Shown: one piece after another, positions 1-12,723 of the stretch
Position numbering within the stretch: position 1 is the first letter of the stretch
Layout: each line of letters begins with the position of its first letter
From: Adineta vaga
Taxonomy: Eukaryota; Animalia; Rotifera
Length of the DNA stretch: 64,000 bases
Assembly: GCA_021613535.1 (NCBI GenBank)
Contig: CP075494.1
Coordinates: 5,518,001-5,582,000 of the forward strand
Direction: 5' to 3'
Position numbers and translations under genes: made by a program
Notes under the pieces: model-generated
Told to the model about the DNA's origin: nothing
Database searches by the model: none
Seen by the model: the letters and a program-made list of their open reading frames with translations, nothing else

Positions 1-2089
1 AGAAACAACTACCATCGTCATGATCAAGAGGCCAAAGTGCATTATAATTATTAAAAATCGTATTATGATGAATATAATTCGTATGCTGCCAAAGCGAAGG
101 TAAACCATGTTGTACAGCATCACTTAAGATTGGTTGTCGATCCCATGAATTAATTGGTCCATGATCACTTGTTTCTCGTACTGTATTAAACAAAACATTC
201 CAACAAAGTGTATGATTACCATAATAACCATCATTAATATTAATTGCTGCTCGAGGCATATTGAACATTAAATTACCAATAACAGACACACTTCGACTAA
301 CAGCGATCAATACTGGAGATGATTGTTTAATATAAATACCAGTTTCATGTATAAGATTTGATTGTATTAATGTGTTGGCAGGTTGACTATTTACACTAAA
401 ACCATCAATTCCATTTGTACTACCAACGAGAATAATGGCTGAATCAGCTAACCAAACAAATTCATTTAAAGTAATCGATGTTCTATCATTATAATCGATT
501 AATGCTATACCATTACTACCCAATTGTGTAAATAAATTACGTGTTATTCTCACATTCTTTGTATTCGTTAAATATATTGTACCACCTCGATGAACGGACC
601 AATCACCACCACCTGGTACCATATATTCACTCATATATGTACTACTTGTTTCTGTAAATATTAAACCTTGTATTAAAATATTTTTAATAGCATCTTCTAT
701 ACTATTACCACCCATGGAAATAAGACATGGAATTTGACTGGCGACGAAAACTTCTGGCATAGTTTCATTTAACATAAAATAGAGAGTACCAGTATCTTTA
801 TCTAAAAACCATTCATTTGGTGAATCGAGTTCTTCAAATATATTCGATACATAATAAGCACCACCACTATCCATACCACGTGCTTCTTGAAATCCTCCTC
901 GACCAAACATAATCGTATTTTCAGTGCGATTAATTGATGCAATTTCAAATACCCAACTACCCCAATAACCACCATGTAAAGCATGTACGAAACCAGTAGA
1001 AGGATTAGTCCATTTAGCAAGATGAGGTAATGTTTTATTATCGACAGTAATACCACGTGGTGTACGATAATTATCACCACCTGCTGGTAAAGATGTACTC
1101 CAAAAATTGGTTGGTGGATTAAAAACAGAAGCACCTCCACCAAGACCAAGTTGATAATATGAAAATACTGTTCCATTACGATAAGGTTCTTGAATAACAA
1201 TTTCTACGCTTGCATTCGAAATTCCTGGCCACCATCTATGTACATCAAAAGCAAATCCTGCATCTTTAGCATATAAACCATGAGTAGAAGGATCACCATT
1301 TGGATATTTTGCAATAATTGCTCGTTTACCATCAATATACAATTCATTAAATAGATCAAGGTTCACATTAGATGGTACTTGAGCTTTCATAATTGTACCA
1401 CCAGATGCTGTTTTTCTATGAACGGACCATTGTAAATGTAATGGTGTACCACCACTTAATACAACACGTTCATCTTGATAATTTTCAATCACCAAATTAT
1501 TATCATTTGTAGTTAATGCAATAGCACCTATTTGACTACTAATAGTTGTAGCATTTGTACCAAGATAATAAGTTCCTTCACGTATAATAATACATAACAT
1601 AGAATCATCGCCATATAAAACACGTAATGTACGTGTCATTGATAGAGCAGCTAGAATAGTTTTCATTGGTTTTTTAAATGTACCATCGAATGTATCATGT
1701 CCTAACGAATCATGAACAAATAGTTTTCGACGACAAGTACTTTTTTTTCTTTCAGATATAATTTTAAACGATCGATCAGTACGATAGATTGTATCATTGC
1801 ATTGATTCATTTGAAAAGCACTTTGACTAACTGCTATCCATTTATCTTTCCAAAATGCAGGTGCTATGTAACCAGCCATTTCAATTGTAAATGCACGTAA
1901 TGCACAATCATCAGTTAGATTAACAACAGGATTATTGACAGTACCAAGACGAGAATCAGAAATAAAGAAACTCATTGATTTAAGATCATTTTCTGTACAA
2001 GTTTGTTCACCATATAAACCATACATAATAAGTATCAGTACAAATAACGTACAGAATGTGCATACCATACGTTTTCTGTAACTTTCCAT
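1..2089 (-). CDS. Secreted right-handed beta-helix glycoside hydrolase-like protein (GH141-like), runs off the left edge
   Basis: Manual translation: ATG at 2089 (or 2068), hydrophobic N-terminus (MVCTFCTLFVLILIMYGLYG), FVHDSLGHDTFDGTFKKPMKTI, IREGTYYL, IENYQDERVVLSGG, LYIDGKRAIIAKYPNG, RETSDHGPINSWDRQP, LWPLDHDDGS. Both ends are in the same frame; absent from the ORF track because no stop lies in the window. Confidence 0.75.
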   Translation of the reverse strand, partial: MESYRKRMVCTFCTLFVLILIMYGLYGEQTCTENDLKSMSFFISDSRLGTVNNPVVNLTDDCALRAFTIEMAGYIAPAFWKDKWIAVSQSAFQMNQCNDTIYRTDRSFKIISERKKSTCRRKLFVHDSLGHDTFDGTFKKPMKTILAALSMTRTLRVLYGDDSMLCIIIREGTYYLGTNATTISSQIGAIALTTNDNNLVIENYQDERVVLSGGTPLHLQWSVHRKTASGGTIMKAQVPSNVNLDLFNELYIDGKRAIIAKYPNGDPSTHGLYAKDAGFAFDVHRWWPGISNASVEIVIQEPYRNGTVFSYYQLGLGGGASVFNPPTNFWSTSLPAGGDNYRTPRGITVDNKTLPHLAKWTNPSTGFVHALHGGYWGSWVFEIASINRTENTIMFGRGGFQEARGMDSGGAYYVSNIFEELDSPNEWFLDKDTGTLYFMLNETMPEVFVASQIPCLISMGGNSIEDAIKNILIQGLIFTETSSTYMSEYMVPGGGDWSVHRGGTIYLTNTKNVRITRNLFTQLGSNGIALIDYNDRTSITLNEFVWLADSAIILVGSTNGIDGFSVNSQPANTLIQSNLIHETGIYIKQSSPVLIAVSRSVSVIGNLMFNMPRAAININDGYYGNHTLCWNVLFNTVRETSDHGPINSWDRQPILSDAVQHGLPSLWQHTNYIHHNTIFNNYNALWPLDHDDGSCF

Positions 2090-2961
2090 CTAAATTCGAA
2101 GCAAAAATTTGTTTTTTATAAACGATTCGATAATATTCGCGATGATTGCTAAATCCACAATGTTAAATTAAAGTTTACCTTAGTTTTCGTCTGATAATCT
2201 TGTACAAAATAAGAATTTTGATTTGATTCATACGGTTTCTCGACAATGTACATGTGATTGTTCATTTTCTTAGTTGAAATCTGTAAATAAATATTTATAT
2301 AATATAATTTTACAAATACTCTTTCGTTTCTTTTCTTCAATTAGTCATACGTTACATTTCTATGAATATTTATATTCTTTGTATGTATAACGTGGTTAGC
2401 AAAACAAAAGAATATTCATGTTGTTTTTTTTTACGGAAATTCAACAAAGAAACATAGAACATGTTTTGCTGCTCGGGACATCGCGTAGTCTATAATCTTA
2501 ATCAATGGGATGATCTTACCGTGTATACTATAACGAGGAAATTCACACTCAATGACCATCTGTACAAATATTGGTACAAGTTCAATATACACCTGCATAG
2601 GTCTCCTGAGGCTCATCAATACCAACTGACATTCAGTGATTACCACTATGTAAAAGTACCTCAAAGAGCCTGGTATATAAGCATGAGACTGCGTAAAAAT
2701 AATAGTTTTCTCGTAAGATTATCTAGAAGAGCTAAACATACAAAAATAGATGTATGCATTATTTTAATAACTCACTATCAGCAATATGAGTACTTTAGAC
2801 ATTCCTCCTTCTCCTCCTCATTATATTATTTTATATATAAATATCTTCTATAATACATGAACTTGTAATCGGATAGTAATATTAACAACGAAATGTGTGC
2901 ATGTGTGTAAATAAGTATGATAAATCGAAATGTTAATGTAATTTAGAATTAAAATATAAAT

Positions 2962-2966
<5 letters not shown>

Positions 2967-2992
<26 letters not shown>
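2967..2992. repeat. (TC)n microsatellite
   Basis: tctctctc... run seen directly. Confidence 0.9.
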
Positions 2993-2993
<1 letters not shown>

Positions 2994-3647
2994 TCTTTCT
3001 TCTTCTCTCCTTCCCTTCTTGTATGGTCAACTCAGTTGTCAAATCGTATGTCATAGACATTACTCCTATTGAAAGAGAGAGTAACAAAGAGGTCGCCACT
3101 TAGCAAATTTTATTACTTATCTTTCTATTCTCTTTAGATATTCTTTATTCAAAAGTGTTTTGATTGTCGAAAATATGTTCTTGCATTTCTACTTAACCAG
3201 TTTTATGTTTATTTATTCACATTTTTTTTCTTTCTTCTATCTCATACTTAATACTAAAGCATACTCGAGAATTTTCTTCAATGTAAAAAAGGTAAATTAC
3301 AGATCTAAGGCAAATTAATAAAAATTCGATATTAATTTTTAGATTTAGAATGTAACTCGGTAACAGATTATAAATAGAAATATTTTAATGAAAGGTAAGC
3401 AGCTGAGTGCGTTGTGTTGATCATCGTGAACAAAGAAAAAAGAATGTAAATTAAATCAAGTCGTTTTTTTACTATCATTAATCAAATATTTCCTTATTTA
3501 AAGTTGATTTTCATACTCCAGATGAGTACTTTATAACCTAATCTAAAAATATGCTTTTTCTCCGTGTTGAATTTGATTTCTGTTTTTTATTAGACAATAT
3601 TTATGATATTTCATATTAAAAGTACAACAAAAAAAACCAGACATCTT

Positions 3648-4861
3648 TTAATCAACAAGAGTAAGAATATCTTCTGTTCGTTGCACGAATGAATCGATCA
3701 TATCGGTAAACCATTTGATTCGTTCAATTTCTATCATTGCTTGATTTATTGCAAATACACATCGAATCATATCAGAAAAACATCGAACAGTTTGTTCATA
3801 ACTATATTTATAAAGTAAATATTTCCATGTTAATTCAATATATGTATTTTGTATATATAACATTTGTTTGATATCTGATAAATTCATCGGTGGCGTATTT
3901 GTATAAACAGTATAATTAATGGTTGAAAATGATAGAATAGCAAGCATTAATTTAATAACAATCATATCAAAATCAAGTCGTGTTGCGATACGTTTTGCTG
4001 TTGGAATTAAACTTGAATGTGTAATGATTTCGAGAGAAGTATAATATGCAGGAGAATGCATCAGTCCAATTTTATAGAAAATAAAGTTTGAAGAAACACT
4101 AGCTGTATATGCTGTTGTACTGTGAAGTAAAATTGTACGATCTTCGAAAGGTAATGAAAGAAAATCCTTATTATTTTTATATAATAATTGAGCTCCATTG
4201 AATATGGAATCAATAAACATGAGCATTGGATTTGTTTTAAAACGTAATTTAAGTGGAAGAATCTCTTGTTCATGCATGTATTGTTCACCTTTGCATAAGC
4301 CACTATGTTCATCATAACAATGTGATAGATTTGAAAGAAGATTCCATTGATCAAAAGTTAATGTGGATAGATCTTTTTGTACGAGATTTAATGTTGAAAA
4401 CTAAATTAATCAACAATCTTCGATTTATTGAAAGAAAACTATATATATATATTCAATCGACCTGCTGTGATTGAGTAGGAATTATTGAGAATTTTCTTTC
4501 TCGATTTCGTTTTGGATGTGAAGATCGAATCAATTCAATTTGCATTCCACTTTGAAAGCATTTAAGTAATCGACAATACGAACATTCATATCGATTGTTT
4601 TCATTTACTTGACATTGATTATTCAATTGACATTTTAATGCTGTCTAGAAAAATCGAAATTGAAAAGAAAATATTTATTTTTTGATTTCTAACTTGTCCA
4701 CGTTCAGCATTTCGTTTGAAAAACATTTTACATGAATTACATGAGATTACACCGAAATAAATATATTGAGCTCCTCTTCCACAGATTTTACATTTATTTG
4801 GTAAGGAAACTAATGGATGTTTAACAAATATATGATTGTTCGACGAATATTTATCGGCCAT
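3648..4861 (-). CDS. Nuclear hormone receptor (C4 zinc-finger DBD + LBD), 3 exons
   Basis: CKICG...CNSCKMFFKRNA first finger; second finger CQ...CQV...CSYCRLLKCF in exon 2 (~4461-4644); LBD with DFLSLPFEDRTILL signature in 3648-4400; GT-AG introns near 4645-4693 and 4401-4460. Confidence 0.9.
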
Positions 4862-5960
4862 TGTTTAATAATTTAGTCTGAAGAAGAAAAAAAACAATAT
4901 GTAGATATAATAGAATATATAATGATGAAATGATTCTTGTTTCTAACGACTACACAAGTTTTAGAAAGGCTCTACATTTACATAGTAAGGACGAGAAGTA
5001 ATTCTTTACTAAGCTAGTTGAGGTAAAAAGGACAAAAAGAAACACTTTTTTCTTTCGTTCTGCGCCGTCTTTTTTTTGACAGAAAAACATCGATGCATCG
5101 AGAAAGAAAAGCAGATTGCAGTAGTCAAAGTGAGAAAATATATCTTTCCTGGATCGTTTCAAAGGAACAAGTACAGAAGTATGAAGACATCTGCTTTCTT
5201 TACATCTGCCTTATACCTTCTTTTTCTTTCAATATTGTGCATACAGACAAATATTGTCTTCATCTTCAGTATTAAATTCACATTCTATCAAGGAAAATCT
5301 TTAATTTTCTCCTAGCAAATCGTATTTAAATTAAAATTTAAACATATTTACACTAATGTATTCAATTTGATTGTATACCAACGAAGACGTGAAGTCCATC
5401 CTCACATTTGCTGTATCATGTTCTATTTGTTCGATGAAAAGGTAGTCTCTTTTGATAAGTACACTAAGAATTAATTGACATGTCACATACGAAATTCGAT
5501 AGAAATCAATACTGTTCTCATTAATTATTTAGAACGTGCACAATTCATTAAATTCTCCTTTAATCAAGAGTTGCCGATAGTGGTTGTCATACTGATACTG
5601 GCGACACTCTTCTCAAATACTCACTATTACTTGCTGTTGCTTGAATGCTCTAGAATCTAAAAAGATAAAAGCTTTATACTCATGATTTTTTCTTAATAAC
5701 TTCGTGTAATATTAAAAACTTCATGGATTATAAAAGAAAGGACGTTTACGAATATGTCAGAGAAATATGTCATGTTTTTTCTCATTCACTTTCAAAAAGC
5801 ATGTCAAAAAACGAGTATAAAGTGAAAAGCACATTCTTTTTCTTTCTATATGAAAAGAAAATAAGACACCAAAACAAGCTCAGTTATTTTCAGAGGACCC
5901 TTTCTTCTCGCCTATTCGAGAATATTACACTAAGCTTCCCATTTCTGCATCGCATAATCT

Positions 5961-7178
5961 ATGAATATAATGAATTTACTTCCAACGAATCGAAATCCAG
6001 TGACAAAAAAAATATTTTCAAAAGAATGTCGAATATGCAGAAATCCGGCTCAATACTCGTATTTCGGTGTTGTTTCATGTCAATCATGTAAAATGTTTTT
6101 TAAACGAAATGCTAATTCAATGAAAGTGAGTTTAATCGAGAATCTTGATTAAATTCTGTATTTCTTTCTAGGGTGTGATTAAATGTAAGTACGATGGAAA
6201 GTGTAAAGTCAATAAGAATACTCGTCATCTATGTGCAGCATGTCGACTTGAAAAATGTTTTCAATACGGGATGAATGTAGATCGATTTCGACCAGCTAGA
6301 CAAACAAAATTGAAAGATCATAATCTTGTCAAAGTACAAAAAACAACACAAGTAAGTCTATCGAAGAAAAACACGTTTTCTTTTTCTATTTCTTTCTTTT
6401 TCTCTTATAGTTATCAACATTAAATCTTTTACAATCAGATCAATCATTATTAACTTCTAGTCAATGGACTCTACTTACAAATTTATATCATAGTTATAAA
6501 GAATCTCAACTTTTATCGTTTGGTCAACATTTCAGAGATATACATTATAATTCACAATCGACTCCTTTCAGTTATACATTACTTTTTGAAGAATTCTTAG
6601 CTTTAATCTATCAAACAACAGGAGGATATCTATGTTCAAATGGTGATCTTAACAAATTATCAGTGAATGATCGTTCATTAGTATTACGTGGCGTTGCTGA
6701 CAATGTTGCTTGTATGACCGGTACATTTGCTATAAAACAATGTCAATTATATAGTTTGCAGACTTTTTTCCATACTATGAAATTAAAATATAATGAACAA
6801 ACAATGAATTATCATCTATGGGCAATGAAATATATCGATTCAGATATAGTTGTAGTAAAATTAGCAATATCATTATTTGCTCTTACTCAACATAGTTCTA
6901 TCCATACATTCAATATTTCAATCAACTCAATTGATACTATAACCATGTTAAATATTCAAAATACTTATACTGAAGTAACATGGAAATATCTTATATACAG
7001 ATACGGTTGTCTCGAAGCGATGAAACGTTTTCTTAATTTAAGTCTTTGGCTTCGATCAATAACTATGTTAACACATCACGCTCGAACTCTTGCACCACAT
7101 ATAAATGATATTGATTCACTTGTTGAACAGACAGAATTAAAACTTTTATTAGATGATATCGATCAAATATTTAATTAA
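5961..7178 (+). CDS. Nuclear hormone receptor, 3 exons; divergent paralog of 3648-4861
   Basis: CRICRNPA...CQSCKMFFKRNA, CKYDGKC...CAACRLEKCF, LBD (IQNTYTEVTWKYLIYRYG); introns ~6127-6171 and ~6352-6410. Confidence 0.9.
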
Positions 7179-7537
7179 ATATGTTACTACATCAACATAG
7201 CATCGATTACGTCTTTGTAAAATCTAGATTATAAAACTATATCTCCTATAAAAATAAAGTTTTACATGTTGTTTTAGAAAAAGTAAACAATTCAACACTC
7301 ACTTACATATTGTAAATGATCGAGTAAATGTTCACAAGAATAAGCAATTATCATCTTTATCTAACATACACGTGGTTTCATATATTTTTGCTTATAAAAA
7401 TAAGCATCACGATATGTAAGAGAGAAAATGAAAGAAAAGATAAAGATATTCGATAAATAGATGTCATACACAGACTATAGAAACTAACCATAATCATAAA
7501 CAAAATTTACTTTCGTCAAAAAAAGACATCTTTAAAT

Positions 7538-10294
7538 ATGTATTGGTTATTTTTAATCAATCTTGTCTTAATTTCTCTTCTACCAGAAGTAATTTCTTAT
7601 CAATTATCGAATGAATATTTAACTGTTGAATTTAATGTATCAAATGGACAAATAATATCAATGAATTATAAATCACAATTAATGAAAATAACAAATGAAA
7701 CAAGTATGATTTATGTCGATCGAATTCCCATTACTTGTTCAAAATTGATCAATTATCAACAAGATAATTGTTCCATTAATTTTACATATTCTTGTTCGGA
7801 TCAATTCAAGAATCAATTAACAACAATCTATACTCTTCAATCTGCATGGGAATTCCTAAATAAACAAATATATTTTACAAATAACTATAATCGAATAATT
7901 ACATCACTTCAAACAACATTTTCTATACTAAACTTCAATTTTTCATCTGTATCAATCATTCAAAATCAACAAGATTTAAATAAACAACATACAGTTTTCT
8001 TACGTACAAATTCTCTTGGAATCTTTACTACATGGCAAAATCCATTTGGTTATTATACACTTTCATCAAATAATCAAACGATTACTAGTTTTTATAATAT
8101 AGGAATGAATAATTCCTATTTAAGTGAAGGTTTTCTCATCGGGTTTTATCATCTATCAACCTATTGGCATACAAATGATATAAATTATAATGAAAGATTT
8201 GCCTATGAAAAAGCAACAACATTCTTTTATACTGTTCCACGACGTCAACAATCAATAAAACATGCAGTCGGTTGGGATAGTAATGATTATCAAATTGATA
8301 TTTCTACTTCACATGGTGTTGATGAATATAAACGTTTAATTGATCGTTGTGCACAACTTGGCATTCATAGTATTACATTTGCACCGTCGAATACAAATAT
8401 TTCCAGTCGTCAACAAAATACTGACGACTGGGGATGGGAGAACGTCTTATTTCTCTCCTTAGGGCAAAAAATTCGTTTAGAACAATGGAAACCATATCGT
8501 GATCCGATTCCAACTACTGTTCAACAATTATTAGATTATGCTGCATTGAAGCATGTGAAATTAGTTCCATATGTTTATCCACCATTAGGTTATCGGTTAG
8601 AAGGAAAAGATCAAGCATGGTTATATCCAAGTTCACACTGTCGAACTGTCTGTGCATCATTAGCAAGTGTTGAATTTCAAGAATATTTTCTTCAACTATT
8701 GATAGATTTTGCACGAGTAACAAGTAAGAAGAAAAGATAGTGTTTGGAATTATGTAACTCTCGTCTTTTTTCAGATATCAGTGGTTATGCTTGGGATTAC
8801 AATTTCTTCTATGATTCAAATCATACTGAATATAGTCAATGGCGTGGTTGGCAATGGATTCGTACTCAATTACTTCTTACATTACCTGATTTAATTATGG
8901 ATCATCGATATGCATCACAATTCGATGGTCCATGGTCATGGATAACACTCAATGGTTATACATCACCTTTATTAAGTGATGAAAATCCTGAAACATATCC
9001 AATTTTATATCCATCTTTACATACCGATAAAATCTCCGCAGATTTTATGCGACAGGGAAATGTTGAATTACGTTTGAAACATTTTGCATCGATGGATGTT
9101 ATTCCTGGCTTTATTGGTCATCAATCAGAACGTTTCGCACCGGATGGCAGTGTACCATGGATAGATAATAATTTAAGAGATTTTGATTATCTAGGTTTTT
9201 CCTATTCATTATTATCAAATATCGCTACAGCTGGATTAAATCTTATTCATACCTTGTTACCAGCAAGAGATCAACAAGAATTTGATTTATTACCAAATGA
9301 TTTTATTCAATTTTGGCAGTTCTGGTTGAAATGGACAGATGAACATATGGAAGAAATACGAAATGGTATTCCATTTAATATAGAACAAGATTGGTCATTA
9401 ATGAAATCGAATGGTCATGATGGATTTTTATTTTTATTTAATCCAAATTATAAACAAACCGATCGAACGATTCTCTTCGATGGAAAACTAAATCTTCAAT
9501 ATCCTGAACAACAAGGTTATTGGCTATTGAAAGAAATCTATCCACAGGAACGATATATTCAATTAATTGAATATAATCAAACAATACATTTATTATTAGA
9601 TGGTCAAAGTGTAACTATTTATGAATTAATATTTTCTTTAACAATTAATCAACCTATTCTTTTTGGAATTAGTGGTCGAACTTTCTTTCCTGATGATTAT
9701 ATTTTAATAATCGATGGTGTTTATGGAGAAGCTGGTACTGAAACTGATCAATCCATCTTTGTTATTTTGCCAACGATGAAATTAATTACAAATGTTTATT
9801 TAAATGGAATTGAAAAACAATTTGAACAAGATCGACAATTTATTATTTTAACAAATTCAATCATCTTTCCTGGTTTATATTTGCCACGTTCCGCTGAAAT
9901 TTTCAATAATACAATTGTAATAAGTGATCTTTTATTCGAACAATTAACACAACGTCAAGCTCATTATCCAATTCAATGGAATGACAAAGAATTAAATGAT
10001 GCATCATGGTTAGGATCACATCGTCTTCTTGTATTTATATGTATTCTTAATCCCGATGATAAATGGAATATTACAGCTCAAATTAATGAAAATCCAATTA
10101 CAGTACACAAAGGTTATAATACACGTGATCATATTGATTCTGATCGATTTATGGGTTATTATTTAGACTTAACAAATATTGTTATTCAAGCAAATATTAA
10201 ATATTATTTAACATTAAATATGCCAAAATTAAATCCAGAACAATTTCAAGGTTTATTTTTAGAAAATATCGAAAGAATTTTTGTTCGTCCTTAG
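7538..10294 (+). CDS. Large secreted protein, putative GH36/clan-D-like glycoside hydrolase
   Basis: Signal peptide MYWLFLINLVLISLLPEVIS. ORFs 7538-8740 and 8744-10294 join in frame via a GT-AG intron at 8724-8774 (RVT-NISGYAWDY). Motifs: GWDSNDYQID, DDWGWE, LLDYAALKHVKLVPYVYP, GYAWDY. Family assignment is tentative. Confidence 0.6.
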
Positions 10295-10437
10295 AATTCT
10301 ATGTATAATAAACAATTTGAAGTGTTATATGATTTTCTTTTTTCATTTCTAATGAGATGTGAGTACATTTTAATTAATCTTTATTTAATCTATGTTGACC
10401 TTTTGTATGTTCAGCACGTTTTAAAGCGATGCATGTT

Positions 10438-11156
10438 TATGGAAGTTCTTTTGATGGATGTATTTGTCTACGATTTCTATTTCATAATTGACGAACACTA
10501 ATCAGACACATGAATGATACTAATATTGATAGAAAATAAACTAGATACATTATTTGAATATTCACTGCAAATGTTGGTAGAAATAATTGAATAAGTCCAA
10601 TAACAAATGATGGTGTATTAAAAAACATGTGAAGAAAAGAAATACTCAACATTTGAATGATCATATGACGATGCTGAGACCAATGAATATGTTGTTGTAT
10701 ACGACGTTTTTGTATTACAATACGAATAATTAATGATAAACTAAAGATGATGATTGAACATGTTAGAATAACAGCGAACATTAATCAATTAAAGAAAACG
10801 AATTGATTATTCAATGCATAACAACACCATCCACAAAAAAGTAATGTTGGATAGAAATTATTAGTATATGGATAGAAGAAAACTAGGATAACATGATAAA
10901 TCCACGGAAGACTCAGTGAAGAAATTAAGGGTAGATAATGAAAGAAGTAAACAAGAACAAGAGCAATGATTGTATGATTATGTAAAGCTCAATAGAGTGT
11001 TGGTTTGGTATGTAAATGAAATAGAAGAAAGAGTGAACATGATATCGATGCGATTTGAAAAACAAGTAGAATAATAAATTTAAAAATAGGAGAGATCGAT
11101 GTTTCAAACAAAGGAACATTACTATTTGATTGAGAGAAATTATTATAGGACGCCAT
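10438..11156 (-). pseudogene. Rhodopsin-like GPCR pseudogene
   Basis: One frame from ATG 11156: FKFIILLVFQIASISCSLFLLFHLHTKPTLY*ALHNHTII...YFFHYLPL...LLFCGWCCY...FN*LMFAV...HRHMIIQMLSIS...QL*NRNRR. In-frame TGA at 10989-10991, 10785-10787 and 10482-10484; the TM2-TM3 region appears deleted. Confidence 0.75.
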
Positions 11157-11363
11157 GAGACGATTCTAAAACTAATTCTTATCGTCCTTTCACTTCTTCA
11201 AAAGGTACAAATTTAAAAAAAGCACTTTTTCTTCTCTGGTATTTTTGGAAGTAATATGTGAACGGCTTTAGTTTATGCGCGTGACGATTTTATAATTAAA
11301 GAATTATCATGTTTTACAAAATCATAGATCTTTTTTTAGTAGAAAGTTTTGTTTTTCACAAAA

Positions 11364-12365
11364 TTATGTCAATCGAAATGTTGCTGCAATCATCAAATGG
11401 TCCGAAGGATGAGTTTCATCTGGATATGCTTCACTCGTCGGTTGATCTGGCAATTCCAATACATTTTCAACTGTTAGATTGCCACTGTAAAATATATAAT
11501 CAAGTGTTCCACAATACTTTGGTGGTTTGATCATATTTGAGTAATTTGTATAGGCAGGTTCCTTACCATTCATTTCTCGATAAGCACTCTTCAATATTTG
11601 TTCGGTATTTAGTTGATATGTGATTTCATAGGAATTTGATTTAGGAAATTTGTAATAATTTGAAAAATCCTTTCGAGTTAAACTATGGTAACAAAGACCT
11701 TCTGGTTCGATATTAAAATCACCTGCGAGAATAAAATCTCTTCCATCTGCTAATTGAAACATTAGATCTTTAACAGCTGATGCATGAATTATCATTACAT
11801 CAGGTATTTTATATAGACACGGCATATGATACACCCCGATGCATAATGATTTACCATCAATAGTTACTCGTAGACAAATAAGTGTATTGCTTCTGCACAT
11901 AGCAGTTTCCCATGGATCGGACGATTGTTGTGTAAATTTGTCAATCATAGAATTATACCAAGACGATGTCCATGAGAATATACTCGACTGTGTTTCTCGA
12001 AATTTACTCATTGATCGTATATGATCTCCAATTTTAATCATAGACATATGATCGATTTCAATTGAGGCAGGAACAGCAATACCTACACCCATATAATTAT
12101 TATATATTTCACCGTATAGATCATAATAAAATGTGTAATTCAATTGATGAAAAAATTCTTGAAATTTCGAAATGATTGATTGAGATAATTCTTGTAAACA
12201 GATAATTGTATTTTCATGATTGTTAATCTCTTGTTCTAATTGTGATGTAATTAAATTCCATCGATAATCAGTTTTAAGAAATCGCCATTCCGATTTATGA
12301 TAATAATACGGTAGAGAAGCATAGATTGAAACTAAAATATTATATGAAACGATACGAATTGTCAT
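11364..12365 (-). CDS. CCR4/nocturnin/Angel-like endonuclease-exonuclease-phosphatase (EEP), copy 1
   Basis: MTIRIVSYNIL, ICLQE, YHMPC, ILAGDFN, TLDYIF, HPSDHLMI; intronless; start placed by alignment with copy 2. Confidence 0.85.
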   Translation of the reverse strand: MTIRIVSYNILVSIYASLPYYYHKSEWRFLKTDYRWNLITSQLEQEINNHENTIICLQELSQSIISKFQEFFHQLNYTFYYDLYGEIYNNYMGVGIAVPASIEIDHMSMIKIGDHIRSMSKFRETQSSIFSWTSSWYNSMIDKFTQQSSDPWETAMCRSNTLICLRVTIDGKSLCIGVYHMPCLYKIPDVMIIHASAVKDLMFQLADGRDFILAGDFNIEPEGLCYHSLTRKDFSNYYKFPKSNSYEITYQLNTEQILKSAYREMNGKEPAYTNYSNMIKPPKYCGTLDYIFYSGNLTVENVLELPDQPTSEAYPDETHPSDHLMIAATFRLT

Positions 12366-12723
12366 TGCAAAATGATTGTGAGAAAAAATGAGTACATAAT
12401 ATAAAATAGAGTTTATGTTGCAATGTGCACAAAATGAGTCATACAATGATGACTCAACCTACAGTTCTTCTTCTATTCAAATGTTGATAAAAATATACTT
12501 TGTAATTTTCTAGTTGCAGAATGTTTGCTTTCTCTTTTATTCCCCATCTATCGATCTGTTAGACATTGAAGATATGGAATGTCTCATCAGTGTCAAACGT
12601 TCTATAATAAAAGCTATACTATTATAAAGTTCATCGATCGTAAAAATTTCAAAAAATCAAAAAATATATGATTGTATTTGGTAAGAATTTTAAGAAAATT
12701 TAATATAAATATTTCTAATGTTA

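Noticed and set aside
802-1200. 132-aa minus-strand ORF in the track
   Set aside because: Alternative frame inside the real GH141-like CDS.
2640-2665. TGAGGTA let-7-like start and TTGATGAG hammerhead-like core on the minus strand
   Set aside because: The seed has a mismatch (GAGGTAC) with no clean pre-miRNA hairpin, and no GAAA catalytic strand follows the core.
4950-5960. Several short ORFs between the two receptors, and similar ones at 22222-22530 and 60475-60718
   Set aside because: Low-complexity F/K-rich translations of poly-A/T promoter DNA with no recognisable motifs.
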